This document shows positions 50,682 through 64,000 of a stretch of 64,000 nucleotides of DNA, piece by piece (the stretch's first letter is position 1; every line of letters begins with the position of its first letter). Below the pieces are notes generated by a model. It made no database searches. It was not told where the DNA came from and saw only the letters and a list, made by a program, of their open reading frames with translations. The stretch is taken from the NCBI GenBank assembly GCA_043228905.1, contig JBHGNT010000001.1:33418001-33482000 (forward strand), read 5' to 3'. The stretch comes from Azolla caroliniana. Its lineage: Eukaryota; Plantae; Polypodiophyta. The translations under genes were made by a program, and so were the position numbers.

Positions 50682-50889
50682 TATTTTTTATTTTTTTCCC
50701 CCGGAAAATATCCTTTCATTAGTTATAAACAGTTATTACAAGAATGTTGACCTACTGTCAAGCTACCATTGGTATGTTGCACTCTTCCTTGGATCCCCGT
50801 CCGTAGAGGATAAATAGTATAAACACTCCACCACTCCATAACCTAGTTATGTGATTGGTGGTGGGAACAACCATACCGGTGGTGCTAAC
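50682..50889 (-). mobile_element. 5'-truncated LINE tail with A-rich end and 17-bp TSD
   Basis: TACTCTATAAGCTTGTT at 50665-50681 and 50890-50906. The 5' end encodes LAPPVWLFPPPIT*, like the YAPPRWFFPPPI end of the LINE at 2816-3339. Confidence 0.85.
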
Positions 50890-51939
50890 TACTCTATAAG
50901 CTTGTTCGTATATTATGTAACCAATAGCTTTATATCAATCTTAATCCTTCACCTTAGATACATTATCGCTCATCTTAATGCAAATTTAATGCATGTCAAG
51001 TGCAATTGCAATCATATTACAAGGATATCTATGTTCTTTGGTATATTTACATATTGATGTATGTATGTATCTACATGGATACTTATACATACATCAATGC
51101 GTGCCAAACATTGCGTATGTAAATGTGGCTAGCCAAAAAATTGAAAGATGCTTATAAATCTGATTTACTAGGCTTTAAATTTTAAGCTAGATCCTAAGAG
51201 GAATTTAACGAAATCGAAAGTCTCACACAAAAATTTAAAGATTTTCGCTTGTATATTCATTGTTGATGTATGGTTGAAACACCTACAAATGCATTAACAA
51301 CGCATGTGGCCGCAAGCTTCCACCACTTAATTGACATTTTCCTTTTTATACCGTTCAATCGTGTGGTAGGGCATTAAACTCTTTACATTTCCAAGTAGTA
51401 TGTAAAATACATCGACAAATGACGTATAACCTCCTTGGGAGCATCTTTTTATGTTTCAATAATGTGAAGTACATGTCATAGACACACTAACGTATATACA
51501 TATATTCTCACAAGCTTTATATTGCGTGGCTCGATGAGTTTTAGTAAGAATGATTATATGCCTAACGATCCAGTACAACAATATTACAATTGTTGTTCAC
51601 TGTGATTGACTCAAAAAAGTTTCGTAGTTTCTCTCACGATTGGCAAACTTTATTATGATGGGAGTAGGTTGGTTGCATGAACATTGTTAATCGATGTATC
51701 ATGTACATGATTGCCAATTGCCAAAATGGCACGCCTTGGAAGTGGTTGACATGGTGGTCGTCCCGTTCACGTGGAGACTATAAGGTCCCCCCCTCCCCCC
51801 TTGGAGATCTTGTATTCCTCCTTAAAGACAAGTACACCATTAGAGGATGGCCATACATGCATATGGGATATGCAATTATGTTATGTATGTATATACGTAT
51901 GTAATGTATGTATATATATATGTATGTTAATATCTTATG

Positions 51940-52879
51940 CATAGATTGACCTATTTGTGATATTCATAGTATTCGACATCCTTAATATTCGAGAATACAA
52001 AATGACCCCAAGAATATTACAGAACCATTCGTTTATTTATTAATTATTATTTAAAAAATAAATATTTTTACATCTATTATATAAAAATATTATTAGTGTG
52101 ACCCTTTCTTAATGAAGACAAGAGAGTAAAAAGTGGGGAATTAATGAACCTTTATTTATTAAAAATAAAATAAATACTTTTAAGTTTTTCATCTATTAAT
52201 CTATTATAAGAATATTATTAGTGTGAGGTCCCTTTCTAATGTGAGATAAAAATATGAAATTTTATTGGAACCTATTTTTATTCTATTTATTTACTTATTT
52301 ATTAAAAATAAAAAAAATACTTTTAAGTTTTATATCTATTATAAAAATATTATTAGTGTGAGATTCCCTTTTTTAATGTGAGATAAAAATACAAAATTTT
52401 ATGGAACCTTTTATTTATTTCAATTTATTTTTGTTTTATTAAAAAATAAAACAAATACATTTAAGTTTTATATCTATTATAAAAATACTATTAATATGAG
52501 GTCCCTTTCTTTAATGTGAGATAAAAATATGAAATTTTATAGGAACCTTTTATTTATTTAGATATATTTTTTTTATTTTTTATTTTATTAAAAAGTAAAA
52601 CAAATACATTTTAAGTAAAAAGTGGAGAATTAACGAAAGTTTTATTTATTTATTATTATTATTTTATTATTTATTAAAAATAAAACAAATACTTTTATTA
52701 AGTTTTCTATTCTTATTTAGTGTAAGTCTCCTTTTTAATTGAATTAAATATCTCTTTGTTATATGATATTATCTAAGAAACTAAAAACTGACCTTTTTTT
52801 ATTTTTTAACGAATATATTTTCCTGCATTCGTATACTATTCGTCTGGTAACCCGACGAATGCGAATATGTCAATCTATG
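51940..52879. mobile_element. Non-autonomous hAT-like DNA transposon with an internal AT-rich ~120-140-bp tandem array
   Basis: TIRs CATAGATTGACcTATTtG / CgAATAtGTCAATCTATG. 8-bp flanks ATCTTATG / ATGTTATG (7/8 match). Internal repeats of TCTATTATAAAAATATTATTAGTGTGAG...AATGTGAGATAAAAATA. Confidence 0.75.
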
Positions 52880-55593
52880 ATGTTATGTATGTTATGTATG
52901 CATACAATTAATTGTTAACAATAGAATCCATGTAAGGTTTAATTCTTTATCCAGAAAGACCCCCTCATCTACACCTCAATTAATTACTGTCTGCTTATAT
53001 TCCCCATACATATATCTTTCCTTCATTGCTTTTTATTTTTATTTTTTTTATCCATTCACATTTCTCCATCTCTGTTTAGGGTTTGCTTCTGCTTTCTTGT
53101 GGTGGTGATCAGACAAAAAAAGAAAAAAAAGAAATCGATGAACAAACTGAAAGGCGGATAAAGATGCGGATAACAATAATCCCTCAGTTCGAGGAGAGGG
53201 CGTAGCAGAAGAGGATTATGTTGCTGGTTGCTTCGAAATTTGATACAGTGCAAACCATCTAGTAGTTTCTTATCCAAATCCATAATTTATGCATGCATTG
53301 ATTAATTAATTCGTCTCTAAAAGCTATCCATCGAATTACAGATAAACTAATGTTTATCCTGGGCTTTAATCCCTCGGATCGAGGCTTCTCCTCCTTAAAT
53401 TCTAGAACCACATTTTATACTTTTAATTGCCTCGGGACGAGCTCCATATCTTTAATGCTCAATACTACTTTTATGCTTCTCTGATTATTTTAATTCTTCC
53501 CACTAATTCTTTACTCATTTATCCGTCATGAATTAATAATGTCTAAATTATTATTAGTTTGTATAGTATGTATGAATTATTAGTTTGTCTGCGTCCACGG
53601 ATGATGTCTAGTATTAACCTGCTACAATTATTGGCTCAAGTTTGTCTTGAAAATCATCGATTGATTGGTCCAATATCCATCAATAAGTTGTTGCCCACAT
53701 CTTGAATTTCTTCTACATATTTTGAAAAACAGATCCATAATTGCCCATCACGTTTGCTCATTCCGTCTGGATTCTTATACGAATTCATGCCCTCGTGTTT
53801 TCTTCTCTTACTAATTAATCCGGAAACGCTAAAACATTAGAGAAAACGTTTTAATCCAAGAGTATGTACGCTAATTCTGAATTAAGCAATTGGGCAGAAT
53901 CAGTTAATCAAGATTATGAAAATTTTTATAAACGACAGAATAATTGGTCCGATCAAAACTATGGTGCTGCTTAGTATGGATTTGATCCGAATGTATTGGT
54001 TCATGCAAATTGATTCACTACTGCTGCATTTGCTTGATTAATCGATTCGCTGGAAGTACAACATTGAGTGGTGAATTCGTCAATGGTGGCCGGAATATAA
54101 TTTGTCGATCCATTAGTGGAGCACTGATCTTCATTTGAATCTGGAGTTTTATATACACCAGTTCCCATCTTTGATAGTATCAGAATGTATCCCTGGTCAA
54201 ATTTCATGCAGCCTCAGATATTTTCATTAATAAAATCTTGATCAATTATTTGCATTAAGAAGTGAAAATATTTCAGACGAATCTATGGCTGCAGATTATA
54301 TCAATAATTGCACGCCCATCTATACAAAAATTGAAGATAAGGCGAGCATGATTGTCTATGTGCATCCCTTAAATCTCTCCAATGGCCTGTACATTAATTA
54401 TATATCGGTAAGTAGATGATCCGTGGCCTCGTCTCCGCTCTCAGATTAAGTACTCAAATGCTATATACTACGCTATGCCTGAGCTAGAATTGGGATATGA
54501 TCCTGAGAAGCTGTTGATCCATTGATTCATAAATTGGAACTTGTGACAAGGGATTAACAACAAATCTGTGGGAATCGATCTACAAGGGTTAGGATAAATA
54601 TTGCTACTGCAACTCAATCACAATGGCATCAGGAAGCTAAATCAATCTCTTCCCTGCAATATGCACTCATACAATGCATAAGGAGGCCTGGGTCAATGTT
54701 TATATTAATGCAGGATTGATGCAATACATATGAATCCATAGATGACACAAACTAATGTAATTTTGATAGATCCTATGTGGTATATTTTACCAAAGATTAT
54801 CTGAAAATCCAAAATTTTGGAAGGCGAACTGACAAATTAAATCACTAGTTCGGAGTCTGACTGAGAAAATCCGGTCCCAGGAAACTATTGAAATTGGGGA
54901 TTCGAATCATATAATCCAGATTTAAAAAAAGAAAAAAAACAAGTATGAATTTCAGAATCCTAGTAAGTTCATGACAATTTTTTTTTTAATGTTTAGCCCT
55001 CTAAACTGTTCTAAGCTTAGTGGACGTAAAGGCATCTATGGTCCAGCTCAATTGCACAGAAAGCGATTAATCAATTTGGCCTTAAATCAGCCTTTCTACT
55101 TGCAATTGTGGTACTGATCTCACTTTAATTATGATGATGATGTCCAAAGTTGCAGCATAAAAAGGCAATTAAATGGATATTGGCTTGATTAGGAACCTGC
55201 AAACATTTGATGAATATAGCCGAATTATACGATCATATAATCCAAGACACATACATATATATCGATCCGGATTTGTACCAATTCGAAGGCAATGATCTGT
55301 GGGGTGCATGGCTCGAAAATAACATCTTTTTACAAAAACTCCAAACTCAAAATTCAACATCCTTTTTATGCTAGAAATAACCACAAGAATTGTTGTTGCA
55401 TGCAATAGATTGGCTTAATAATTTGGCAAATATTGATGGGGCTCCACACATCTAATATGCAGGTAGAATTCATCCAAATATTTGTATGGACTTTATCATA
55501 TCCAATTTAAACTTTGGAGAGGGTAAACCATTTAGCATAACATGTGATCTTGTACCAACCTGCCTATAACATGCAATTGAGGCTTGACATCCT

Positions 55594-55596
<3 letters not shown>

Positions 55597-55625
<29 letters not shown>
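55597..55625. repeat. (CA)n microsatellite
   Basis: Directly visible. Confidence 0.9.
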
Positions 55626-55627
<2 letters not shown>

Positions 55628-56389
55628 TAAATAAAATCCCAAGCGAGACCAATTAAGTCGGGGCAATAAACAAACGATTCACATGATTGTATAGCTTCTT
55701 CGTATCGTCAGTTCGCTTCATTGCTTCGATTTCTTTAGCATTTGTTATTGACATGACAACATTTGCCAAAATTCAAAACATAATGGACAATGTTTTTTTT
55801 CTTTTTTCTTCCTTTATAGTACTATAAGAAAAGTGACATAGTCATTTATTTTTTAGGTCGATTTTCTGTTACTTTGCAAAACGCTTTATACAACCAACCT
55901 AGATTAGTGTCGAAAACGACACGAACAGAGTGCCAAACTTTTAATCTAGCAAGAAGCTTACTTTTCGGTGGAACCAAATCTCATGGTCGGGCATGAATCA
56001 CTCGTTTGTTCGGAACAATGCAAATGAACACGAGGCTTTTCTAGTACTACTAACAAACAACCAACATTGACGGAAAAGGCGTCAATCAAGACTTCATTAA
56101 TTAGTCCTAAATCGGAACGATGAGGTTTTATCGACAAAAAAAGGATGTGAGAGGGCGTGTCTGCGCGGCCACATGCTTCACTTCTTGACTTCATCGGAGA
56201 TATATGTATGTATTCTATTGAGAGGTTGTCATGGCTCCAGAGCCCCAAAGCTTCCCCCCCCCCTTCTTAATTGACTCCTCTCTCTTTTTTGTTGTGTTGT
56301 TGTATGTGTGTGTGTGTGTGTAAAGATGTAGGGAGAGAGACATAGAGAGACAGAGTAACAGAGAAACAGAGGATTTTTGTAAGGTTGCC

Positions 56390-59279
56390 ATGGCTAAGGT
56401 TCCTGCTGCCTCGGCCAGGGCCCACACTCGCAGCAGAGACCCTTCCACCAAGAAAGGATGCTGTTACTGCTGCACAGGTATGGTATCATAAGAAGAAGAA
56501 GATGAACAACAACAAGAACAGAAAAATAAAAGGGGAAATAATTCACATGCCATAACTCACTGATGCTTGTTCTGTTTCTTTCTTTTTTCCTGCTGTCATT
56601 TTCTTTCAAAGATTATTATCCATAGATAAGAGAAATCGGAGAATTAAAGCAAAATTTGGGGTTTTGCTGGTTTTTGGGTTGGGCACAGACCATTGTCATA
56701 TATAGGCTAATTTAAAAAATTATTAGGGTTTATATAGTGTTTATAAAAGAAACAGGATAGATGCCACAAATAATTTAGGTTTTGGATTGGGTATCGAACT
56801 TACTGATATGGAGGTTTATGCAAAAAGCAGCAAGAGTAGCACAAAGTTCCAGGGTTTTGGCTTGGGGCACAAAACATAGTGAGTATGCAAGAGCTGAAGG
56901 AGGAGAAAACAAATACGTGACATAGAAGTTGCGCGATCCCTTTGACGGGAAAAGTAGTGGGGAAGAGACCTTTAAAGAAGAAGAGAGAGTAAGCAAGAGG
57001 GGAAGAGAAATACATCGTGATCTTTCAATCATTGCTTTCTTTTTACAGGAATATTTTTGAAGATATTTTTGCTAGCAATCACAAGTCTTATAGCATGGTT
57101 TTACCAAGCACTCCAGCCACCTCCTCCAGCAATTTGTGGCACACCGCTGGGGCCATCTATCACTGCACCTCGTGTTCAGCTAAGCGATGGGCGATTCTTG
57201 GCTTATAAAGAAGCCGGGGTTCCAAAAGAACGTGCAAAGCATAAGATTGTGATTGTTCATGCATTTGGGCAGTCACGTCATAGTCTTCTTCCTGTGTCCC
57301 AGGTGAATGAGCTTACCCTGTGGATTATTTTTTTTCCCAAAGTTCCCTTGAAAGTAATGTAACATCCTTTCTGTAACGGTGTCCAGAATCTCGTTGAAGA
57401 ACTTAGTGTCTACTTTATTGCATTTGATAGAGCTGGATATGGACAAAGTGATCCCAATCCTGGTAGGACTCTCAAAAGTGAAGCATCTGATATCCAAGAG
57501 TTGGCTGACATCATGCAATTGGGGAATAAGTTTTATATAATCGCAACATCTATCGGAGGATACTCAGCCTGGGCATGTTTGAAATACATTCCTCAGAGGT
57601 ATTGAGTGCATATACTCTTGTCATGATCTTCTTGCTAACTGGAATGTGCCGAGTTATCATTTTGTGTACTGTAGGTTGGCTGGTGTTGCAATGCTGGCGC
57701 CAGTTACAAATTATTGGTGGTCGGGTATTCCATATTCAGAGTCACTAAAGGCCTTTCTTACACAGCCTTTACAAGATCAATTTGCTACCAGTATTGCTCA
57801 TTATGCACCTTTTCTCACATATTGGTGGAATACACAGAACTTGTTTCCTAAATCCAGTGTAATAGAGAACAGGTTTGACTTTTTTAATGATATGGACAAG
57901 GAGATCATCAAAAGATTTGTAAAAGATCCATCTCAGGTGCTCTTCCTGTACATTATACTTCAATAAATCCAGAAGTTGAATATCAAAGTTAAATATGTAG
58001 GGGTGGGTGTAGCTGAGCTTCCTTTTCATGCATGAAATAATAGGTATTGATAAGAAAAGACTACAAGGTTATAAGATTTTAGCTGAGATTTTGTATGTTT
58101 CCTTCACAAGTATTTTCAACCTGCAAGATAATAAATTCCACCAGCATTCTAGTGAATAAGGGCCCTTTTTCCCAAACACCATATATCCTCGCTTTAAAGA
58201 CCCCAAATTCTGTCAAGCAAGTTCGTCTCCTTTTCAAGTTTTAGGGTTGCTCATAGGCATCCATCTCCTGTAATTGTTAAATTTCAAGCTTAATTGATAG
58301 CGTAATCTCAAGTTTCCACCACCTTTGAGCACATCCCACGAACACAGGTGTCTGTGTATGATTTGTGCAACGCACTCAGAATCTGGCTATGGATCATGAA
58401 CCATGAATGTTCTAGATTTTCCTTCACCATCAGGCTTCATTGTGGGAAACTATGATCTATAATTTTCTTTTCATAAAAATATTATGTATTGCATCATTGT
58501 GAAAGCAAATGATCCCAATTTCATACAAAATTTCAGTGTTACTTATCATCAGTGTATTCAAATGATTGTGCTGATATCCTCTATATGAACTTTGCTTTAG
58601 TATTTCGTGAACCAGACTGACATGAGTATTGTCTCAAACTTCTCATGCCCTTGCTGTGTAGCCATAGCTCATACATTCAATTCTGGCCCCTGCCCTCCAT
58701 TGACAGGAAAAAAGAATGGTCCTCTCACACTGCTTCACATCCAGTTTTGATAAGTGAAATTTAGATTATTAAAGCTTTTTTTCAGGGTTTTATAATTTAT
58801 TTGCACATTAATTTCGTTAGTGATGTTTCTAATGTGTCATAGGTCTAAATGAGCTATCAACATGTGTTTTCGAAGTTTGTTCATTCTGTCTAAGTAAAGG
58901 AATTCTACAGTGAGTTTCCAATTTTCTATATCTGAAATTGTGTTATTCATAGAGGGATGCAAGTAAGGAGGCTGTCCAGCAAGGAATATACGAGTCTTTG
59001 CTTCGTGATCAAGTGGTTATGTTTGGTCGATGGGATTTTGATCCGGCAGATTTGAAAAATCCTTTTCCTAATGGTGAAGGATCTGTTCACATTTGGCATG
59101 GTGATGAAGATTTTCTGGTGCCACTAATGCTTCAACAATATGTGAAGAGAAGGCTTTCTTGGGTCCATCTACATGTTGTACCTGGAGCTGGTCACATTTT
59201 GGTCGGAGTTCGAAACCTGCCAGAAGAGGTATTAAAGACATTGTTAAAAGAGAGTCTTGATTATGATGCCCTTGGTTAG
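56390..59279 (+). CDS. Alpha/beta-hydrolase (At1g74280/At2g36290/At3g48410-like); exons 56390-56477, 57049-57302, 57387-57598, 57675-57936, 58953-59279
   Basis: AASARAHTR N-terminus, YQALQPPPPAICG.P.GP.ITAPRVQLSDGRFLAYKE.GVPK, FDRAGYGQSDPNP.R, nucleophile elbow ATSIGG, LAPVTNYWW, QQG.YESL.RD..V.FG.WDFDP and VHIWHGDED.LVP...GH. GT-AG phases are consistent. Confidence 0.93.
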
Positions 59280-62200
59280 ACTCTTTGGAAAGAAGACCAT
59301 ATGGTTAGATTGTTCACTTACCAACAATCTATGATGCTGATAAATCTAATAATGAGTCATAATTCATGTAATTGGTGATGGGATCAGAACTCCAAATGAT
59401 TTGACTTGATTTCAAATTCTTTATCCCTCGTTTATTGCTTTGAATGAGAACACAGTGATAATTCTCGGAATCCTAAATAACTAGTACTCATGATTAGATT
59501 GGTATTATATTATTATGGATAGTAATAGAAGAGTGATCATATGGTTAAGTAGGTCATGCATAGTGGAAGCTGTAATTCTTGGGTAATTAATGCATAAGTT
59601 TTAGTTGGCAAGTTATGTATGGCCGGTAACTAGGTTTAATACAAATTGTTTTCACTATGATATTTGAGCTCTTGTATTTATTGTTAGTTCCAACAAACAG
59701 TGTATGTTAGCAAGTTGTCAATTCTTTTTAACAAAGGTTGTTCTCTTGGATTGATAAAAGAAGTCAACACTGCCAACTATCAGTGGTTAGATGTTAAGGT
59801 TCTTCCTTGAGTAGTGAAGCTTATAAAAGAATCTTCAACTGGTTGGACATAAAGATGACAATACACAAATTTTACTTCGTTTGACTTCAACTGGGTTTGC
59901 AGAGAATCCTTTTAGGAAGATGGGTAAAAGATTGAGACAGTCTGGAAGATTGCTTTGGTAAAGAGTAAAATACAGGTTGCAACTTGCAAATATGTTACCA
60001 AACAGTCTCTGCTCCTGTATTCTTGCACCGTGTAGTTTAGCATTTAGGGGTTCACCCAAGAGTAGGGCATAAATCTTTAGAGTTTATTCAATATTATTTT
60101 GTTGGAGACATAACAATCTGTTTGGCGAGTTGATGCTTCCATGAATCTATTGATGTCATGGATCCTTTATATCTGTTGGTATTGCTTCTACATGTTATTG
60201 AGCTATATATTTTAGAAGGTTCTTCATTTAATTGGAAACTGAACGGACTTTTGGATGTTCAGTAGTGACCTCTTGGAATTTCTTGGTTGCATGCAAGCAT
60301 TCCTATATGTGAAACATTGGAGTAATCACCTATGTGATCAAAACCTTCATCAACATAAGTCCAAGTTGGGTTCTCCACCCATCATTACAGCACTTGTAAT
60401 CCCAGTTGTTCAGGAGTCAATCCAACACCTTCAGATAATCACTGTGAACTTTTCCTAACCACTTGATTTCATTTTTCCTTACTGTCTGTTAGCTATTAAA
60501 ACTTAAACAGTTTCCAAATCCTCAAGTGCAAGAAAGCATCAATGGTTTCTAATATCTTTGTATTAGGTGCTCCAAAGCACAATCATGTTTACTTTGAGTC
60601 TCTATCTAGTTGTGAACAGTTAAAATATTTATGTTTCAACTTTCTGCAATTGCTTTGAAAGGTCATAAAAAATTTGTTTGGTGCTCCAAGGAGCAAAAAA
60701 TGGTATGAATAGTTGTCTTTCTAGTTTTTCATGGGAAATTTTAACAATAATAAAGTGCCATGGGTGTTGGAATAATGATTAGCGTCATATTAGAATCACA
60801 AAAACTCGAAACACAAGCATGCTGTGGATGATACATAAAAAACTTGTCAAGTGTAAGAGATCGATCATAATCTTGTGATTCTTTTGAGGTCTGTATCATC
60901 AAAAGTGGCTCCTCTCCATGGGTTAACTACAAAATACGAACAAACAGAAGAAACTATTAAAATACTAGAAGGAAATATTATTATCAAACAAAAGATCAAA
61001 TGGGTTACAGCATGCCAAAATGCACTCTTCCCAATGAAAGACTGATGATCGAACAATGATCCAAATGAAAGCTGGGCTTCCTATTTTATGGATTCAAGAC
61101 TTCTCTTCTCTGCCATGAGCTATCCCATGACTTTTTTTGTCATTCCCAAGAACTTGAAGTACCATTCCCTCCATTCCATGTGAGAAAGTACCTTCCAGTA
61201 CATCGGCCCAACTTCACAATCATAGTTTCCATCATTAGTATTCTCTTACTTCACCTACACTATTTGTATTGTATATCGATGAGAACCATTAATTTCTCAG
61301 TTGGGGTCATGGACAAGGAAGATTCCCTGCTTACTTTACATTGAGACTAACTACAGCCTTTGAAGGACAGTTATGATTATAAATATACTAAATAGTAGGA
61401 TTGAGATCAGTCCATAGAGTTAATGTATACTTGAGTTTACTGTAGCTCAACACATAAAAAGTTTTTCTCAATGAAATATAGCCTGCTACGAATTGCTTGA
61501 TCCATGGATTACTGCTTAGACATGGTTTTAGGAAGCTTTCTTGATCTACTTGGCAGCCTATTGACTGACTTCAAATCTTGTTGGTGAGTGGTGTTTCATG
61601 ATGCTTTAATTCACAACCTTACATTGTGTTTTTACCATATGCATATTAAAAAGATACCCTAAGGGATTGATTGCCCACACTTAGAAGGAATGAGAACACA
61701 TAATTAAGAAACTAATGCTGAGGGAGAGAAGACGGTCAATTGCTAATATATACTTAGGATCATTAAACGGATGTGATAAAAAGATTGTTTGAATTGAAAC
61801 AGATGCCTATGTAGAATTTTCAAAGGTTCTCGGCAACCCACCTTCTTAAGCCAAGATGACTAATCCAAGATACACGGAAGCACACAGAAAGATGAAGGAA
61901 ATCATACCCCTACAAATATAAGGTAAAACGGATTAGTAAACTTGAAGACATAGTTTATTCTTAAAGAATTTACAGAAACTAACTCAATTGAAATCTCTGG
62001 ACATAAATCAAACAAGTTAATTTCACAATGCATCTGTTGCATCTACAGTGTACTTTAGTCAAAGCAACACCCTGTGACGAGTGGCAAATTCAATGCACAA
62101 CAAAAATCTGATGTCTTCCTCTGACCTTATCATATGCAAACAGCTGCCACAACTTTCTACAAGAAACCACTCATATTGGTGGTATATTTAACGAGGTTCT

Positions 62201-63348
62201 ACCTAGAGATAGATAACTAATTTCTTCACCGAGACTACCTAGGGGGAACTCGTGATCAGCACCATAGCCCTGGCACCTCAGTATCATCCTGCTCAAGGAA
62301 TGCATAGTTGATTGTTATCCTATGGCAGCTTTATGGAGCTTGATGTATGGTGCAGAACACACGCAAGTAGGCACTTTATTATGGATGATTTTGATGTCGT
62401 GCTAGCAAAACCCACCCAGAACATCATGAAATGGCATATGTGTTTTCCCCTACTCATAGTCTTGTACATCTCCATATCCACCTCCCCATGGATCAGTAAT
62501 ACTACTATTGGTCTAACAAGGTAAAACTACCTCTTCATAACAAGGTCTAACAACTTTGGGTTGTTATCAGAAATTGAATCAAATATCTCAACGGGATTTA
62601 ATTTATTTTCATCTCATACAGGTCATCTTGACCTTTTAAAGATGGTACTATGATGTTTAATTTCATTCCCCTCCAATCTGTAATTGGATTTGGTCCATGA
62701 AACATTAAGTTTAACTTTTAACTTTTTGTGCTTTTTAACTTTGATAAGGTAATATTACTTACACCTTTGAATTGTATAATGTATGTACATAACTTTAAAA
62801 ACAATAGGGAATGCATTCCTCACTTCCCTAGGCATCCCAAAATGAGCATATGACCATCACTCCGAGCATATTATTGAAAAGAGACTATGGCATACCGAAG
62901 CTCATCCAAAGAGCATAACAGACATATGTTTCACTTATCTGTTGCATTTTAAAATTTTCATAGAGCTAGCATTTTTATATGTGCCTCACGTATGGCAAGA
63001 AAACTCACCATAATATACCCCACATCAAACCATTGCAAGGGCAAGGACACAACTCTGCAAACTTCTCTGCGTCACTGGAATTAACTCTTCGGGAGATAAG
63101 ATCATCATAAATGTCTGCAAATTTACCAAAATAATTATAATATTTTCAGTCCTGGTAGCCCAATCTCACAAGGATGACATTGGCATCATTCCCAGCCAAT
63201 GCCTTTCCAAATTGCACATGCTTAATGTTTGAGAAGCTTATTTATGCATATAATAAATGTCAATAATTATTGTTCAGTGAAAGATGATGAAAGAAAAAAA
63301 ACTACACCAAAGTTAGCATAAAATCAAGCAATTCTTCACTAAGATATT

Positions 63349-63553
63349 ATATTGCAGAGTTCTATAACGAGAATGCTTCTATCATAATTCAAAGACATCT
63401 ACAGTTAAAACTTAACCTTGAGTTCCTAGATACTGTGATTTACTTGGAATATTGCAGATTTCTATAACGATAATGCTTCTATCATAATGCAAAGACATCT
63501 ACAGTTAAAACTTAACCTTAAGTTCCTAGATACTGTGATTTACTGGAAATATT
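63349..63553. repeat. Tandem duplication of a 100-bp unit
   Basis: ATATTGCAGA at 63349 and 63449; the copies are near-identical. Confidence 0.92.
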
Positions 63554-64000
63554 CCAAGGACTGGCACTCGAGCCTATCCACCTTAAGATTAATTACACGG
63601 AAAGGTTGTAACGATAACATCAAAGTGAAACATGAAAGCAACCCTGATGGGGAGACTAAGAATCTACAGAAGAGTTAAATGCTTCAAATCTAACTGGCCA
63701 CATGGAGACCCTATTCAATTGTACAAGCAGTTTATTGTACGTGTACCTTCTAAACTATTGTGCATCATTTACTGCATTCTGCTCACTCCCATTGGGCAAA
63801 TAGAAAACTTATTCACACTATACACTAGGAGGGAAAAATGTCGATCAGTTTCCATTGATATTAAATGGTGGCAAAACTTTTCTTTTGCAAGGTATCCTAA
63901 TGCCACCTTCCAGTTATACCAGTCGGGTGGAACTAAGTGCAGCATAGGCAGCATAACTAGTTCCTAGACTACATTATCTTTTTCTGGTACTATAGATATT

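Noticed and set aside
50017-50806. A single MITE with ~110-bp TIRs
   Set aside because: Each arm has its own poly(A) and its own TSD, so they are two separate LINE insertions.
56385-56480. GC-rich segment that might be a miRNA hairpin
   Set aside because: It is coding exon 1 of the hydrolase (AASARAHTR motif, phase-compatible donor).
59800-61300. Possible decayed retroelement sequence
   Set aside because: No motif clear enough to support a call by eye. The same applies to 19600-20450, 40700-41000 and 46090-46330.

Overview
Nuclear DNA of a seed-free land plant, most likely a fern. This is inferred from spliceosomal introns, plant gene families and a DYW:KP-type PPR gene. Eight protein-coding genes can be reconstructed by eye: an APO-family first exon (-), an intronless MTP12-type Zn-CDF transporter with a ~260-aa His-rich loop (+), a PLS-E-DYW PPR protein (-), an FLX-like coiled-coil protein (-), DDRGK1/UFBP1 (-), an At4g18975/At4g21190-like short PPR protein (-), a 6-exon SWEET sugar transporter (-) and an alpha/beta-hydrolase (+). 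Between them lie 5'-truncated LINEs with exact target-site duplications, hAT- and Mutator-type non-autonomous elements, a Ty3/gypsy remnant, an old plastid 23S rRNA fragment, local tandem duplications and long (ACAT)n microsatellites. The most notable item is the PPR protein. It carries the KPAxA and HAE signatures of the DYW:KP subclass, the candidate 'reverse' U-to-C organellar RNA editors, and lacks the terminal YW. Other points of interest are three probable GC-AG introns, a triplicated intron-plus-microexon unit, possible alternative N-termini in the short PPR gene, and paired inverted LINE tails upstream of SWEET. All gene models and family calls come from reading the sequence and recalling family motifs; no database searches were run.
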